From a bacterium (GTDB lineage: Bacteria; Patescibacteriota; Minisyncoccia; Phycocordibacterales; CALRBL01), in contig JAIYEG010000006.1 of NCBI GenBank assembly GCA_027487075.1, positions 4,468 to 68,467 on the forward strand: a stretch of DNA of 64,000 nt, in the 5' to 3' direction. The notes under the pieces were generated by a model, which saw nothing but the letters and a program-made list of their open reading frames with translations, ran no database searches and was not told the DNA's origin. Made by a program: the position numbers and the translations under genes. This document shows, one piece after another, positions 45,223-56,627 of the stretch. Each line of letters begins with the position of its first letter. Position 1 is the stretch's first letter.

Positions 45223-45786
45223 TTAGTTTACGCGTTCTACGTATTCGCCAGTTTCGGTATTGATACGCACTATGTCACCTTCTTTGATAAACATTGGAGT
45301 GGTGACTGTTGCACCAGTTTCGAGGGTGATGAGCTTGTTACCACCTTTTGCGGTATCTCCGCGTACGGCGTCAGGAGCCTCAGTAACCTTGAGTTCAACC
45401 TTGATAGGGAGCTTCACACCGAAAATTTTATCCTCGAAGAGAAGGGCGTCAACGATTGAGTTAGTCTTGATGAACTTGATAGCCACACCAAGCACTGACT
45501 CGTCGAGCTTGAAGCGATTTGAAGGATCTTTTTCGTCACAGAACCAGTACTCACCTTTGTTGAGATAGAGATACTTTACTTTTTTGGTGGTGATTTCGGC
45601 TTCTTCAGCCTTATCTGATACATGGAAAGAGTGTTCGACGATGCGGCCCGAGATGAGATTGCGAAGCTTGGTAGCATTTACCGGCTTTCGCTGTTGCTTG
45701 CGGAATACGTGTGATGCAAGTACTTCATAAGGCTCGTTTTCGAAGATAATATATTTTCGTAGGGTAATTTCATTGTATTCAAGCAT
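45223..45786 (-). CDS. efp: elongation factor P
   Basis: 187 aa, KPGKGxA-equivalent loop RKQQRKPVNA, three OB-like domains. Confidence 0.85.
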   Translation of the reverse strand: MLEYNEITLRKYIIFENEPYEVLASHVFRKQQRKPVNATKLRNLISGRIVEHSFHVSDKAEEAEITTKKVKYLYLNKGEYWFCDEKDPSNRFKLDESVLGVAIKFIKTNSIVDALLFEDKIFGVKLPIKVELKVTEAPDAVRGDTAKGGNKLITLETGATVTTPMFIKEGDIVRINTETGEYVERVN

Positions 45787-45817
45787 AGTAAGGTGATACT
45801 ATCGCATAATTAACGAA

Positions 45818-46372
45818 ATGAAAAGATATCTCTTACTAGTGCCATTCCTCGCCGTTCAAGGACCGCTCACCACGGTCTATGCTGCGTTTAAGGCTTCTCC
45901 TGCGGGTGGGGTAAAGTATGGGCTACTGACACTCTTTATCCTTGCTGTGCTTGTAGATCTGCTTACTGACGTTGGAGCGTTTCTTATAGGAAAGTACGGT
46001 AAAGAGCGTATTGTGGGACGTTATCCAAAGCGTTTCTCGATTTCCCCCGAGCGTTTCCGTGTTCTTGAGGAGTATTTTAAGGTTGAGGGTACCAAGACAC
46101 TTGCTCTTGCGAAGGTGAGTCATGGTTTGGGATGGCCGGTGATGATTGTGGCGGGAAGTGCAGGGGTGACGTATGCGAGGTTTGTTACCATTAATGTGAT
46201 CACAAGTATGGTGAAGTCAGCTGCACTTATGTGGCTTGGGTACTATTATGGCCGTCACTACAAACAAATTGTTCACGCTCTTTCAGGTATCGCACTCATT
46301 TTCACAAGTTTGCTCGTGATTGTGGTCGCGTATTTTATGTTGAGTCGACAGCGAAGAAAGAAGAGGGGGTAG
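45818..46372 (+). CDS. DedA/SNARE-associated (VTT-domain) family membrane protein
   Basis: Multiple TM helices; central RIVGRYPKRF...FFKVEGTKTLALAKVSHGLGWPVMIVAGSAG core. Confidence 0.55.
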   Translation: MKRYLLLVPFLAVQGPLTTVYAAFKASPAGGVKYGLLTLFILAVLVDLLTDVGAFLIGKYGKERIVGRYPKRFSISPERFRVLEEYFKVEGTKTLALAKVSHGLGWPVMIVAGSAGVTYARFVTINVITSMVKSAALMWLGYYYGRHYKQIVHALSGIALIFTSLLVIVVAYFMLSRQRRKKRG

Positions 46373-47473
46373 CTATTCTTCTGATTCAGCAGGACCTCCT
46401 TCATCCTGATTGCGAGATGAAAGATTCTTGTCGAGAGCGCCTTCTTTAAGTTTGGTGCGGATGTGGTTGAGAATTTCGTTAGTGAGTTTGGTATTTTCGC
46501 GGAGGAATTGGCGGGTGGCATCGTATCCACGGCCTAGCTTCACCTCGCCGTATGAGTATGAGCTCCCAGACTTTTGGATGAGCTTCATGCTTTCGCCAAG
46601 AGCGATGATTTCGCCTTCCCGTGATATTCCCTCGTTGTACATGAGGTCGAATTCGGTCTGTTTGAATGGGGGAGCAACTTTGTTCTTCACGACTTTCACG
46701 CGCACACGACCTCCCATGACTTCATCACCTTTCTTGATCTGCGCAATACGACGGATATCAATACGTACTGAAGTGTAAAACTTGAGAGCTTTTCCTCCGG
46801 GGGTAGTTTCTGGGTTTCCGAACATCACCCCAATCTGCATACGAATTTGGTTGATGAAGATGACAATGGTCTTTGAGCGGGCAACGATGGCGGTGAGCTT
46901 GCGGAGTGCTTGAGACATAAGGCGTGCTTGCTTGCCCACATGATGTGCTCCCATATCTCCCTCGATCTCGTCTTTAGGGGTAAGGGCAGCAACTGAGTCG
47001 ATGACAATAACATCAAGCTTACCTGATCGTACAAGACTCTCTACAATTTCGAGAGCTTGTTCACCTGTGTCTGGCTGTGAGATGAGGAGTTCGTCAATCT
47101 TCACTCCAAGGCGACCTGCGTACACAGGATCCATGGCATGTTCAGCGTCGATGAAAGCACAGATACCACCTTTCTTTTGTGCTTCTGCAATCACGTGAAG
47201 AGTGAGAGTGGTCTTACCAGATGATTCAGGACCAAAGATTTCGACAATGCGTCCGCGGGGAAGTCCTCCTACGCCAAGTGCGGCATCAAGGCCGATAGAT
47301 CCGGTAGAGATAGCATCAACGTCGACCTTGGTTTTTTCACCAAGCATCATGATTGAATCGTCGCCAAATTTGCTTTTGATTTCGTTCAGGGTTGCCTGAA
47401 TATTTCCAGAACCTCGTTCTCGTGCTTCATTTTTTTCTTCGGCTTTTTCACTTTTTCGTGTTTTTTTAGGCAT
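46373..47473 (-). CDS. recA: recombinase RecA
   Basis: [20 protein letters not shown] Walker A; L1/L2 loops; acidic C-tail; ~20 aa basic N-extension. Confidence 0.95.
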   Translation of the reverse strand: MPKKTRKSEKAEEKNEARERGSGNIQATLNEIKSKFGDDSIMMLGEKTKVDVDAISTGSIGLDAALGVGGLPRGRIVEIFGPESSGKTTLTLHVIAEAQKKGGICAFIDAEHAMDPVYAGRLGVKIDELLISQPDTGEQALEIVESLVRSGKLDVIVIDSVAALTPKDEIEGDMGAHHVGKQARLMSQALRKLTAIVARSKTIVIFINQIRMQIGVMFGNPETTPGGKALKFYTSVRIDIRRIAQIKKGDEVMGGRVRVKVVKNKVAPPFKQTEFDLMYNEGISREGEIIALGESMKLIQKSGSSYSYGEVKLGRGYDATRQFLRENTKLTNEILNHIRTKLKEGALDKNLSSRNQDEGGPAESEE

Positions 47474-47519
47474 GTCTGTAGTTTAGGTTAGGGTGAGTAA
47501 AATTCTTGATAAGGAAGGT

Positions 47520-47876
47520 TCAATTAAGATTCAATTCGATTACTTTCTTCGTCTCCTTGTTGAACTTATCTTTCGCTTCAAGCTTTATTATATTATATCC
47601 CCGAAGAAGCACTAGCCTTTCGTTGAAATTTCCTTGCTCGTCGATATAGATAGGGGAGCCATTGAGGCTAATTTCTTTAATATTAGTGGCAATGCCAGCA
47701 AGCTTGACGAGAGGCTCTGACACGCTTCCTCCAAGTTGCACAGGTGAGGTGATCTTGATCTCAGGCCCCTCGACAATCTTACGTGCTTGGAATGCTGAAT
47801 AGCCGAGGATAACCACTAAAAGAGTAGTGAAGAAGCCTATGCGGAGCCATGTTTTTACATCTTTTCTATTAGTCAT
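47520..47876 (-). CDS. hypothetical membrane-anchored protein
   Basis: One TM helix; 4-nt overlap with ftsK stop. Confidence 0.45.
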   Translation of the reverse strand: MTNRKDVKTWLRIGFFTTLLVVILGYSAFQARKIVEGPEIKITSPVQLGGSVSEPLVKLAGIATNIKEISLNGSPIYIDEQGNFNERLVLLRGYNIIKLEAKDKFNKETKKVIELNLN

Positions 47877-50077
47877 TCTTCTTCTGGTGCTACTTCAGCA
47901 CTTCCTTGAAATCCGTACACCTCACGAGGTTTTGAGCCATTAGCGGGACCAATAACGCCTTTTTCCTCGAGAATATCCATAAGCCGGGCAGCACGACCGT
48001 ATCCGATGCTAAGCTTTCGTTGGAGATATGAGGTAGAAGCTTTGCCTGATTTAATGACAAGGTCTTTAGCTTCTTCATAGAGGTCGTCATCGGCCTCATC
48101 ATCTGCTTCGAGGCTAGTACCAAGGGTTGCATCAAAGAGGGCGTCTTTAGTGACTTGTTCGCCAGAAATGTTGATTTCAGAAGGGAGAGAGTCATAGTTG
48201 TCGGCAAGATATTTTACTACTTCCTTTACTTCGCTTTCGCTAATATAGGCAGATTGGATACGTTCAGGGTTAGGAGCTTTGCTTGAGAGATAGAGCATGT
48301 CTCCAGCTCCAAGGAGTTCTTCAGCACCTCGCATATCAAGAATGGTACGTGAGTCGATCTGTGAAGCCACCTGAAGAGCAATACGTGAGGGTACATTTGC
48401 CTTAATGAGACCGGTGATGACGTTCACCGAAGGACGCTGGGTTGAAAGAATGAGGTGAATACCGACAGCACGTGACATCTGGGCAAGGCGCACAATAGCG
48501 GATTCAAGTTCGCGAGGGTAGGTCTGCATGATGTCAGCAAGCTCGTCGATAACCACGACGATGTAAGGCATGGTTTCTGGTACAGGATCACCTTCTTTCA
48601 CATTCTTCATGGCAGGAGCCAAGATAGTTTTGTGGTAGGAGCCAATGTCACGTACTGAACACTTTTCGAGGATGTTGTATCGTCTATCCATTTCTTTAGC
48701 TGCCCATTTAAGAGAAAGGATAGCTTTTTTAGCATCGGTGATGACGGGGGTGAGAAGGTGAGGGATCTTGTTGTAGAGGGTGAGCTCAACACGCTTAGGG
48801 TCGATCATAATGAAGCGAAGGTTGTCTGGAGAATTGCGGTAGAGGAGAGAAGTGATGATGGTATGGATGGTCACCGATTTACCTGAGCCTGTCGTACCAG
48901 CAATAAGGGTGTGGGGCATACCCGCAATGTCAGCAAAGTGTGATTTACCTGAAATACCTTTACCAAGCGAAGCCAGGAGAGGCTTATCAGAGTTTTGGAA
49001 CTCAGGGCTTGCAAGGAGTGTTCCGAGACCAACGGTCGTTTTGATACTGTTTGGAATTTCGATACCCACGAGTGATTTTCCTGGAATTGGTGCCTCGATA
49101 CGGATAGGGTGAGCGGCGAGAGCAAGGGAAAGATTATTTTGAAGACCTAAGATGCGCGAGAGCTTCACTCCTTCAGCGGGTTTGAGGGCATAGCGAGTAA
49201 CAGATGGTCCGATAGAGATTTCATCCATCTCAACATCGATGCCGAAGTTCTGTAGGGTGCGCTTGATGATGTTGGCGTTTGCTTTGATGTCTCCAACGCC
49301 AGGCTTTCCTTTATCGACTTCAAGAATTGAAAGTGGAGGAGGTACAAACTTTTTACCCATAAGAGTGAATGAAGGGGTGCCAATAGGCATATCATCCTTT
49401 GTCTTCTCCGGAGCAGTTTTTTTAGGCTCGGCTACTTTCTCAGGTCGGACTTCTTCGGCTTTTGCCTTCTCTGATTTAAGGATGGTATTTTCGACGCTCT
49501 TTTCGATATCATCATTATTTGTATTTCCAAGCGCTTTTGTTTTTGCGAGTACAGCCTCAGCTTTTTTGAAAGGTGTAATAAGCATCGAGAGATGAGAACG
49601 CTTGAGGCGGGTGTTGAAGATCACAAAACAAGAAATAAGCATGAACGCAATTAGAAGGGCAGATGCAACATAGGTATCAAAAGTGGAAATAAGGGGTACG
49701 CCGATTATGCGACCAACGACTCCTCCAAGATCGCGCGACATGATCTCCAGAAGACCAAGTCCTGACATTACAAAAAGAATAGATCCAAGGATGCGAGAAA
49801 GGGGGAATCGCTTTTCAACTTGGGTAAGGTATGAGAGTCCTAAAATGACAAAAATAATAGGGAGGAGATAGTAGCCGATTCCTGAAAGATGAGAAAGAGC
49901 GTTATAGGCTGCGGTACCCGCTGGGCCACCTTTTCCAAAAGGAGCAAGCATGAAAAAGAATGCAATAACAAAAAAACACACCGACCAAATTCCGTAGAGA
50001 GCCTCTTCCTTTAGAAGGGGATCACGCTCTTTTTTTTCTTTAGTTTTATTAGCCATATTTGCCTTATATGGTAACAC
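47873..50077 (-). CDS. ftsK: DNA translocase FtsK/SpoIIIE
   Basis: N-terminal TM domain, GTTGSGKSV Walker A, C-terminal winged-helix gamma domain. Confidence 0.9.
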   Translation of the reverse strand: MLPYKANMANKTKEKKERDPLLKEEALYGIWSVCFFVIAFFFMLAPFGKGGPAGTAAYNALSHLSGIGYYLLPIIFVILGLSYLTQVEKRFPLSRILGSILFVMSGLGLLEIMSRDLGGVVGRIIGVPLISTFDTYVASALLIAFMLISCFVIFNTRLKRSHLSMLITPFKKAEAVLAKTKALGNTNNDDIEKSVENTILKSEKAKAEEVRPEKVAEPKKTAPEKTKDDMPIGTPSFTLMGKKFVPPPLSILEVDKGKPGVGDIKANANIIKRTLQNFGIDVEMDEISIGPSVTRYALKPAEGVKLSRILGLQNNLSLALAAHPIRIEAPIPGKSLVGIEIPNSIKTTVGLGTLLASPEFQNSDKPLLASLGKGISGKSHFADIAGMPHTLIAGTTGSGKSVTIHTIITSLLYRNSPDNLRFIMIDPKRVELTLYNKIPHLLTPVITDAKKAILSLKWAAKEMDRRYNILEKCSVRDIGSYHKTILAPAMKNVKEGDPVPETMPYIVVVIDELADIMQTYPRELESAIVRLAQMSRAVGIHLILSTQRPSVNVITGLIKANVPSRIALQVASQIDSRTILDMRGAEELLGAGDMLYLSSKAPNPERIQSAYISESEVKEVVKYLADNYDSLPSEINISGEQVTKDALFDATLGTSLEADDEADDDLYEEAKDLVIKSGKASTSYLQRKLSIGYGRAARLMDILEEKGVIGPANGSKPREVYGFQGSAEVAPEEE

Positions 50078-50180
50078 ATTCTTTTCTCACACTGTAATGA
50101 AACACACAATAAAATATGGCTCAATATTGTCTTTTATAATGTCCTCTATATAATGGACCCAACTTTTACTTATTAAGGAC

Positions 50181-50945
50181 ATGGAAGAAAAAAAGACACA
50201 CCTCCCATCAGAAATTAAAGACATGTCTTTAATCATAAATAAGCCTTATATTGCTTATCTTTTTAAAAAGACACAAAAAATTGCCCAAGCACTCTACATG
50301 GTTTCTGAGTACTTCGATACCAAAGAACCACTGCGAGAAACATTCCGCAAAAACGCTACTTCATTGCTTCGTGCGGGGGGTGAATTTCTTCGTGGAGAAC
50401 TAAAGGACAATGAGGCGCAAGCGCACCAGTTGATGAGCTTCTACATCGAAGTACAAAGTGCTGTTGAAATTGCTGAAGCAGTAGGGTTGGTATCTTCTCG
50501 AAACGCTCAAATTCTTAAAGAACAGATTGCACTTGTATTAAATGAAATAGAGCATCACAAAGAAAAGAAGATTCAGCTTAGCGTGGACTTCATGAATGTC
50601 CCAAGTGTAGAAGAATATAAAAGACAGGATGTCCTTTATAAAGGACATGAGAGTGTCCTTGAGAAAAAAATCCTAACAACACCTCTTGTTGCTCAGACTC
50701 CAGAACGTAAAGATGTTTCTCGTGTCCTTTATAACCCTAAGCCGACTGCTGATTCAAAAGCACAACGATCAGTCCAGATCATTGCACTTTTTAAACCGGG
50801 TGCTGAACTCATGATTAAAGACATTACTACCCACTTGAAAGATGTCAGTGAAAAGACTGTTCAACGCGAATTACTCTCTTTGGTTGCTCGGGGAATTCTC
50901 AAGAAAAAGGGGGAGAGAAGGTGGAGTAAATACATGCTCAGATAG
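50181..50945 (+). CDS. hypothetical protein with C-terminal winged-helix-like segment
   Basis: KDITTHLKDVSEKTVQRELLSLVARGILKKKGERRWSKY resembles a wHTH. Confidence 0.45.
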   Translation: MEEKKTHLPSEIKDMSLIINKPYIAYLFKKTQKIAQALYMVSEYFDTKEPLRETFRKNATSLLRAGGEFLRGELKDNEAQAHQLMSFYIEVQSAVEIAEAVGLVSSRNAQILKEQIALVLNEIEHHKEKKIQLSVDFMNVPSVEEYKRQDVLYKGHESVLEKKILTTPLVAQTPERKDVSRVLYNPKPTADSKAQRSVQIIALFKPGAELMIKDITTHLKDVSEKTVQRELLSLVARGILKKKGERRWSKYMLR

Positions 50946-51328
50946 ATATACATATATATAAGTATATTTTGACTTTCGACCCCAAAACCTGTAAGATACC
51001 GCCAGATTTACCGTCATCAAATACGTAGGCGAAACGGCCCTAGTTTCTTAGGTATACACTTCGGTTATCCACAGAAACTATTTGCACCAGCAAAACCGTT
51101 CCGCTTATAATAAAGCTTGCGACGACAGAACTTTGAAAAATCAATAGTAGACGTAAAGTAAGTTAGTTCCGCCCCACCTTATTCCGATATGACCGCACGA
51201 CAGATATTCCCCATCCCCTTTACAGCTCTTTTCATTGTTTTGTGTCGATAATAAAGCAATGAATTATGAAAAGAGTTTGTTCGGTATTATTAACAAAAAT
51301 TACTAATAAATATTTATTAAGTTTTATT

Positions 51329-53242
51329 ATGAAAAAATTTATCGTAAGTGTTAGCGCAGTTGCGCTCGCGCTTGCATTCACATTCAATGTGGCTGCTGCG
51401 CAGACCGTAACTACAACCACTACTACCACATCAAGTGCGTTCACTCGCAACTTGACTATCGGTAGTACTGGTGCAGATGTTTCTGCTCTTCAGGCCCTCC
51501 TTATTGCAGGTGGCAAGCTTCAGATCGCAGCTCCTACAGGTTACTTCGGAGCAATGACAAAGGCTGCTCTTGCATCATGGCAGGCATCAGTTGGAATTAC
51601 TCCAGCTTCAGGATACTTTGGTCCTAAGACCCGAGCATACGTAGCAACTATGGGCGGATCAACAACCGGTGGCTCAACCGTTCCAGGTTGTGTTGCAGGT
51701 GCAATGTTCAGCTCAACAACAGGAGCTCCTTGCTCAGGTTCAACTTCAGGAAGCTCATCTTCACTTAACGGTGGAGAGGCTTCACTAGAAGATTTCGACC
51801 TCGTTAGTGAAGATGATGCTGAGGAAGGAGAGAGCAAGGTTGAAGTTGCAACAGCTCGTTTCTACGCTCGTGATGCCGATGCTAAGCTCGACCGAGCTGA
51901 CTTCGAATTCGAGTCAACAGGAACTGGTTCAACAGACAACGAGCCTTGGAAAGTCTTCGAGAAGGCATACCTTATGATGGATGGAAAGACCATCGCAACA
52001 AAGGATGTTGACAATGAAGATGACTGGTCAGACGAGGGAAGTGACGTGTACCGCGTTCGATTCACTGGTCTTAACTCAGTTGTTAAGGAAGATAAACGAG
52101 CAGAAATTACTCTTGCTCTTGATGTAATGGATAACATCGATGATGCAGACAATGCTTCATGGGAAGTTACTGTTGCTGACGAAGGTATCCGAGCTATCGA
52201 TGGAGCAGGAATCGACCAGTACACTGGAGATGCTGCTGACACCGTAGCATTCGATATCAACGTTGCAGGAGAGAATGATGACCTTACATTCCGTGAGTCT
52301 TCAGACAATCCTTCAGCTCAGACATTCCGAGTTGATGCAGACCAGACTTCAGACTGGGCAACTGTCCTTAAGTTCGAAGCAGAAGCTGATGATTCAGGAG
52401 CTGATGTTCAGATTAAGAAGCTTCCTATCACCATCGACTTCAGCAACTCAGAGACTTATGCTCAGGTTGTAAACGATGCTAAGCTTGTTATTGACGGTGA
52501 AGACTACAATGATTTCGAAGTTGCTACTTCAACTAACGGATCAGCTGTTCTTGTCTTTGACCTTGATAATGGTGATGATGTAATTGTTGATGCTGGAGAA
52601 ACTCTTGATTTTGAGTTTGCACTTGAATTCAAGAAGACTACTCAGTACAACGAAGGCACAACTGTTACTGCAAACCTTACAGCTGTTAACGTAAACAACG
52701 TTGATGCAGAAGGAGCTGATGATCTTGATCAGGATGCTCTTAAGGGTTCAGTAGACGGAGAAGCATTCACACTTCGAACATCTGGAGTTACTGTAGAAAA
52801 GACAGCAGCAAGTGCAACAAGCGATGCTGGTCTTGATACCACAACTACTGATGACCAGGGTATGTACACTATCTCATTCGATGTCACTGGCTTCGAAGAA
52901 GATACTTATGTACAGCTCACAGCTGGACAGGGTTCAACAACAGGAGCAACCTTCCGTGTTGAGAACTCATCAAACATTGAAATTGCTTCAACAACTGGAA
53001 CCACAACTGCAGCTCTCGAGCTTGTATCAGGTGGAAGTCAGACTGGAAACTATGTTCGCATCAGCGATGGTCAGGTTGCTAAGTTCAAACTTACTGTAAA
53101 CTTTGACCCTGCTACAACTGCGTTCTACCGAGTACAGCTTGTAAGTGTGAACACAAACACTTCAGCATCTGCTCCTAACGTATTCCAGAATGTAGGACCA
53201 GAAGAAGAATTCCAAACAAATTCAATTCAGGTTCGAAACTAG
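51329..53242 (+). CDS. secreted acidic surface protein with N-terminal peptidoglycan-binding (PG_binding_1-like) domain
   Basis: Signal peptide; LTIGSTGADVSALQALLIAGG...GYFGAMTKAALASWQASVGI...GYFGPKTRAYV; then ~500 aa D/E/T-rich; ORF track starts earlier at 51266. Confidence 0.6.
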   Translation: MKKFIVSVSAVALALAFTFNVAAAQTVTTTTTTTSSAFTRNLTIGSTGADVSALQALLIAGGKLQIAAPTGYFGAMTKAALASWQASVGITPASGYFGPKTRAYVATMGGSTTGGSTVPGCVAGAMFSSTTGAPCSGSTSGSSSSLNGGEASLEDFDLVSEDDAEEGESKVEVATARFYARDADAKLDRADFEFESTGTGSTDNEPWKVFEKAYLMMDGKTIATKDVDNEDDWSDEGSDVYRVRFTGLNSVVKEDKRAEITLALDVMDNIDDADNASWEVTVADEGIRAIDGAGIDQYTGDAADTVAFDINVAGENDDLTFRESSDNPSAQTFRVDADQTSDWATVLKFEAEADDSGADVQIKKLPITIDFSNSETYAQVVNDAKLVIDGEDYNDFEVATSTNGSAVLVFDLDNGDDVIVDAGETLDFEFALEFKKTTQYNEGTTVTANLTAVNVNNVDAEGADDLDQDALKGSVDGEAFTLRTSGVTVEKTAASATSDAGLDTTTTDDQGMYTISFDVTGFEEDTYVQLTAGQGSTTGATFRVENSSNIEIASTTGTTTAALELVSGGSQTGNYVRISDGQVAKFKLTVNFDPATTAFYRVQLVSVNTNTSASAPNVFQNVGPEEEFQTNSIQVRN

Positions 53243-53315
53243 TTCTCTAGCGTAAGCTTTAGAAGGTAGATTCAACAAAAACACCCCGAAAGGGGTGTTT
53301 TTGTTTGCCTAATTT

Positions 53316-53774
53316 TTGAAATCACCTATAATCAATTATATGAAATCATTCTTTGTATCAATAAGTGCCATTGTATTATTACTAGTTAGTGTGCAACATG
53401 CTCGCGCTGAAATTGCGGTATCAAATGTATTACAAAAAGTATCTTTTGATCTTGAACTTACCGAAACAGCGAATATAAAGAATACCAATAAAACTATTTT
53501 TACTTTCAATGCAAAAAATATTAAAAATTCTACGGCTATCAACTCATGGTCTATTGTTCTCTATTGCCCACAGTACATATCAGTCAGTGTGAATAAGGGA
53601 ATAGGTAACGATTGTGGAAAGGAAATCATCTTGCCAAAGACAGTCTCGCCATCTTTCTATCTTTTGTTTGAATCACAAAATAGGCGTCCCGCAGAATTCT
53701 TTTTTAGAATGAAGGCTCTCGATGTAAACGGTCGTCGCCTCGATGTAGAAAAACAAAACTTTAATTGGAAATAA
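53316..53774 (+). CDS. hypothetical secreted protein
   Basis: Signal peptide; AT-rich. Confidence 0.45.
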   Translation: MKSPIINYMKSFFVSISAIVLLLVSVQHARAEIAVSNVLQKVSFDLELTETANIKNTNKTIFTFNAKNIKNSTAINSWSIVLYCPQYISVSVNKGIGNDCGKEIILPKTVSPSFYLLFESQNRRPAEFFFRMKALDVNGRRLDVEKQNFNWK

Positions 53775-53897
53775 TGCTAGATCGCACCGCACTTCGTTTC
53801 ATTGCTGCTTTTGTCTCCATCATCGCCCTCAGTTTTATTTTTGCTGGGGTGGTGCGGTTTATTGAGATTTGATATTTTCTTAAAGCTGGTTTGATGT

Positions 53898-56627
53898 GTG
53901 TTTGTCCATACTGTGGACATGCACACATTTTTATATACATTATTTCGATCGGCTCTGGTTTTTATTATGTTATGTGGCGGGCTTTATGGGGTTGCACATG
54001 CAGATACTGAGCTCGACTCTTTTTACAATACTGATCTCCGCTTAGAAAAAAGTGGTTCGCCATATGTTGTGCCCAATGGAGGAGTATACGTTGCCCCAGA
54101 CCATACGGTGACGATTGATCCTGGTGTTGAGGTGAGAGTTGGTTCAGGATGGTTCTATGTAGATGGCTCTACGCTTATTGTTGGAAGTTCAAGTTCTCAG
54201 GAAGGTGTGGTCATGAAGAGTGATAGTTCTTCACTCTGGCAAGGAATATACTTGTTGAATGCAACTGCTGATATGTATGCACTCACTATCAATGGAGCAC
54301 AAACCCCTGTTTTTGCGGTGAATAGTAGCACTACTATCAAGGGTGCTGTTATTGATGGTTCAGGTGTTACGAGTGGTTTAGAAAGAGGTCTTTCTTTTAT
54401 AGGAGGAACTTTCGATGTTGCCACATCGACAATATCGAATTGGGGATCAATGGGGATTTTCGCTGAGGATGCATCGGGTGGTATCGATAGAACTATAATT
54501 ACTAGGAACAGGGTGGGAGTACTTTACTCAGGAAACCACATTCACAATGTTCGTGGCAGACATAATGTATTTTCTGAAAACGACATATCCATTCAAAATG
54601 TAAACCAATTTACCGAACTAGACTTCAGGGATAATGAGTGGGGTACAGGAGGTGCTCCACAGGAGGGGAGTGTCATTGGGAGAGTGATAACTGGTTACGA
54701 ACCAGAAATACCTTGCTGTTCAAATGTGGTGTTTATTCCTGGTTTTGGGGGCTCACGACTCCATCTTGGGAATAATCAATTATGGGAACCAAATATCAAT
54801 GCGGATGTGAAGAAGTTGTACATGGATGAGAATGGGCAAAGTCTTGAGCAAGATGTTACGGTGGGTGAGATTATTAAAAAGACAAATTCATACGGACCAA
54901 TAGGAAGTTTTGATGTGTACCAGAGTTTTGCAAATACCATGGACTCACTGGTGTCCGGAGGACTAATACAATCTTGGAAGCCTCTCCCTTATGATTGGCG
55001 TAATAATATTGAAGAGGTGGCACAAGGAATGGTCGATAGTATTGAGCAGGTTGCTTCATCATCTAAAAATAAAAAGGTAACAATCGTTGCTCATAGTAAT
55101 GGTGGATTAGTCGCAAAAGCGCTCATAAAAATTTTCGAAGAACAAGGTAAAAGTAATTTGATCAATGAGCTTGTGCTTGTGGCGGTGCCACAGGTAGGCA
55201 CCCCAGAATCAATTGGCAGTCTGCTTCATGGCGATGGTCAAGAAAAGGGCCTTGGCTTTGTGATAAGTCAAAAAACCGCACGCACTTTTGGTGAACATGT
55301 TCCAAGTTCGTATGGTCTCATTCCTTCAGGTAGTTATTTTGATCAAAGTATAGATCCGGTAGTGAAGTTTAATTCAACAATCGATCAACTTACTGCATGG
55401 AGAGCTGCATACGGTGACAGTACTGATAGTAAGCATATGCTAAATAGATTTTTGCTGGGAGCGGAAGGAAGAGAAAAACCAAGTGAAGATGACTTATCTC
55501 AGCCGAATGTTTTGAATGAGCAACATCTATCTATTGCAGATGAAATGCATCAATCTCTCGATGGGTACCGCATTCCTTCATCGATAAAAGTGTCTCAAGT
55601 GTCTGGGTGGGGTATAAATACGGTCTCAGGTATTGAGTACTATGCTTCTAGACATTGTGGATTCACCAACTTCTTCTGCATTGGAAATACCGGTCTTGGA
55701 CTTGATCATAAAGCCCTACTCACGACAGATGGCGATGGAATTGTCGTAGCAAGTAGTTCAGTGGCAATGCGTGGTTCTAACATCAGTACTTATTACGTGA
55801 ATTTGTATTCAGAAAATGTAAACAGAGGAAAGAATAATAGTCATGCGATTATTCTTGAATCACCAAGTGTATTGAATCTCATTACTAATATCGTGAAAGG
55901 AAGTTCAACTAATCCGGTTGCGCATGTTTCAACCACAACTCCTAAGCAGTCATCTATCTCAAGTCTTCAAATTTCAATACATTCACCAGCAGATATTCAT
56001 GCATATGATACTCAGAGAAGACATACGGGAATTGTATACTCATCTTCAACCGATCTTATGATCGTGGAAGAACAGATTCCAAATAGTTCGTATGCGATGG
56101 TGGGTGAGGGTTCTTACATAAATGTTGTTGGAAACAGTGTCAAACGTGTCTCACTTCAGGGTACAGGGGTTGGTGTGTTTACACTTAATGTTGATAAAAA
56201 AGTAAATGGAGTGATGACATCAATTGAGTTTGTCGATATTCCAGTCACTGATGTAACCAAAGCTGAAGTACTAGTAGCCTCCAATCTTAGTCAAAGTTCG
56301 CTCGCGCTTGATGTTGAAGGCGATGGGAAAGTAGATAACGTTATCAAGCCTCAAAAAGAATGTGACGCCATTTTGTATCTAGAAATCCTTAAGAAACAGA
56401 TATATCTTCTAAAACTAAAGCCCTCGGTTGAAGCTAGGGTAATAGCAAAGATCGATAAGACAATAAAAGCTCTCACAAAAGAAAAAGTAAAAGTGGCAAC
56501 AAAACGACTTAGTCGATTTGGCTTACAACTCAATACCAAAAAGTGGAGCATCAAGCATCTTTCCGAATCTAATAGAAATGAGATACTTAAGAGCATAGAT
56601 GAAACACTCGATCTTCTCACGAATTGA
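53898..56627 (+). CDS. large secreted protein with alpha/beta-hydrolase (lipase/esterase, PGAP1/LCAT-like) domain
   Basis: VVFIPGFGGSRLH and TIVAHSNGGLVA (GxSxG) motifs after a beta-helix-like N-terminal region. Confidence 0.6.
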   Translation: MFVHTVDMHTFLYTLFRSALVFIMLCGGLYGVAHADTELDSFYNTDLRLEKSGSPYVVPNGGVYVAPDHTVTIDPGVEVRVGSGWFYVDGSTLIVGSSSSQEGVVMKSDSSSLWQGIYLLNATADMYALTINGAQTPVFAVNSSTTIKGAVIDGSGVTSGLERGLSFIGGTFDVATSTISNWGSMGIFAEDASGGIDRTIITRNRVGVLYSGNHIHNVRGRHNVFSENDISIQNVNQFTELDFRDNEWGTGGAPQEGSVIGRVITGYEPEIPCCSNVVFIPGFGGSRLHLGNNQLWEPNINADVKKLYMDENGQSLEQDVTVGEIIKKTNSYGPIGSFDVYQSFANTMDSLVSGGLIQSWKPLPYDWRNNIEEVAQGMVDSIEQVASSSKNKKVTIVAHSNGGLVAKALIKIFEEQGKSNLINELVLVAVPQVGTPESIGSLLHGDGQEKGLGFVISQKTARTFGEHVPSSYGLIPSGSYFDQSIDPVVKFNSTIDQLTAWRAAYGDSTDSKHMLNRFLLGAEGREKPSEDDLSQPNVLNEQHLSIADEMHQSLDGYRIPSSIKVSQVSGWGINTVSGIEYYASRHCGFTNFFCIGNTGLGLDHKALLTTDGDGIVVASSSVAMRGSNISTYYVNLYSENVNRGKNNSHAIILESPSVLNLITNIVKGSSTNPVAHVSTTTPKQSSISSLQISIHSPADIHAYDTQRRHTGIVYSSSTDLMIVEEQIPNSSYAMVGEGSYINVVGNSVKRVSLQGTGVGVFTLNVDKKVNGVMTSIEFVDIPVTDVTKAEVLVASNLSQSSLALDVEGDGKVDNVIKPQKECDAILYLEILKKQIYLLKLKPSVEARVIAKIDKTIKALTKEKVKVATKRLSRFGLQLNTKKWSIKHLSESNRNEILKSIDETLDLLTN

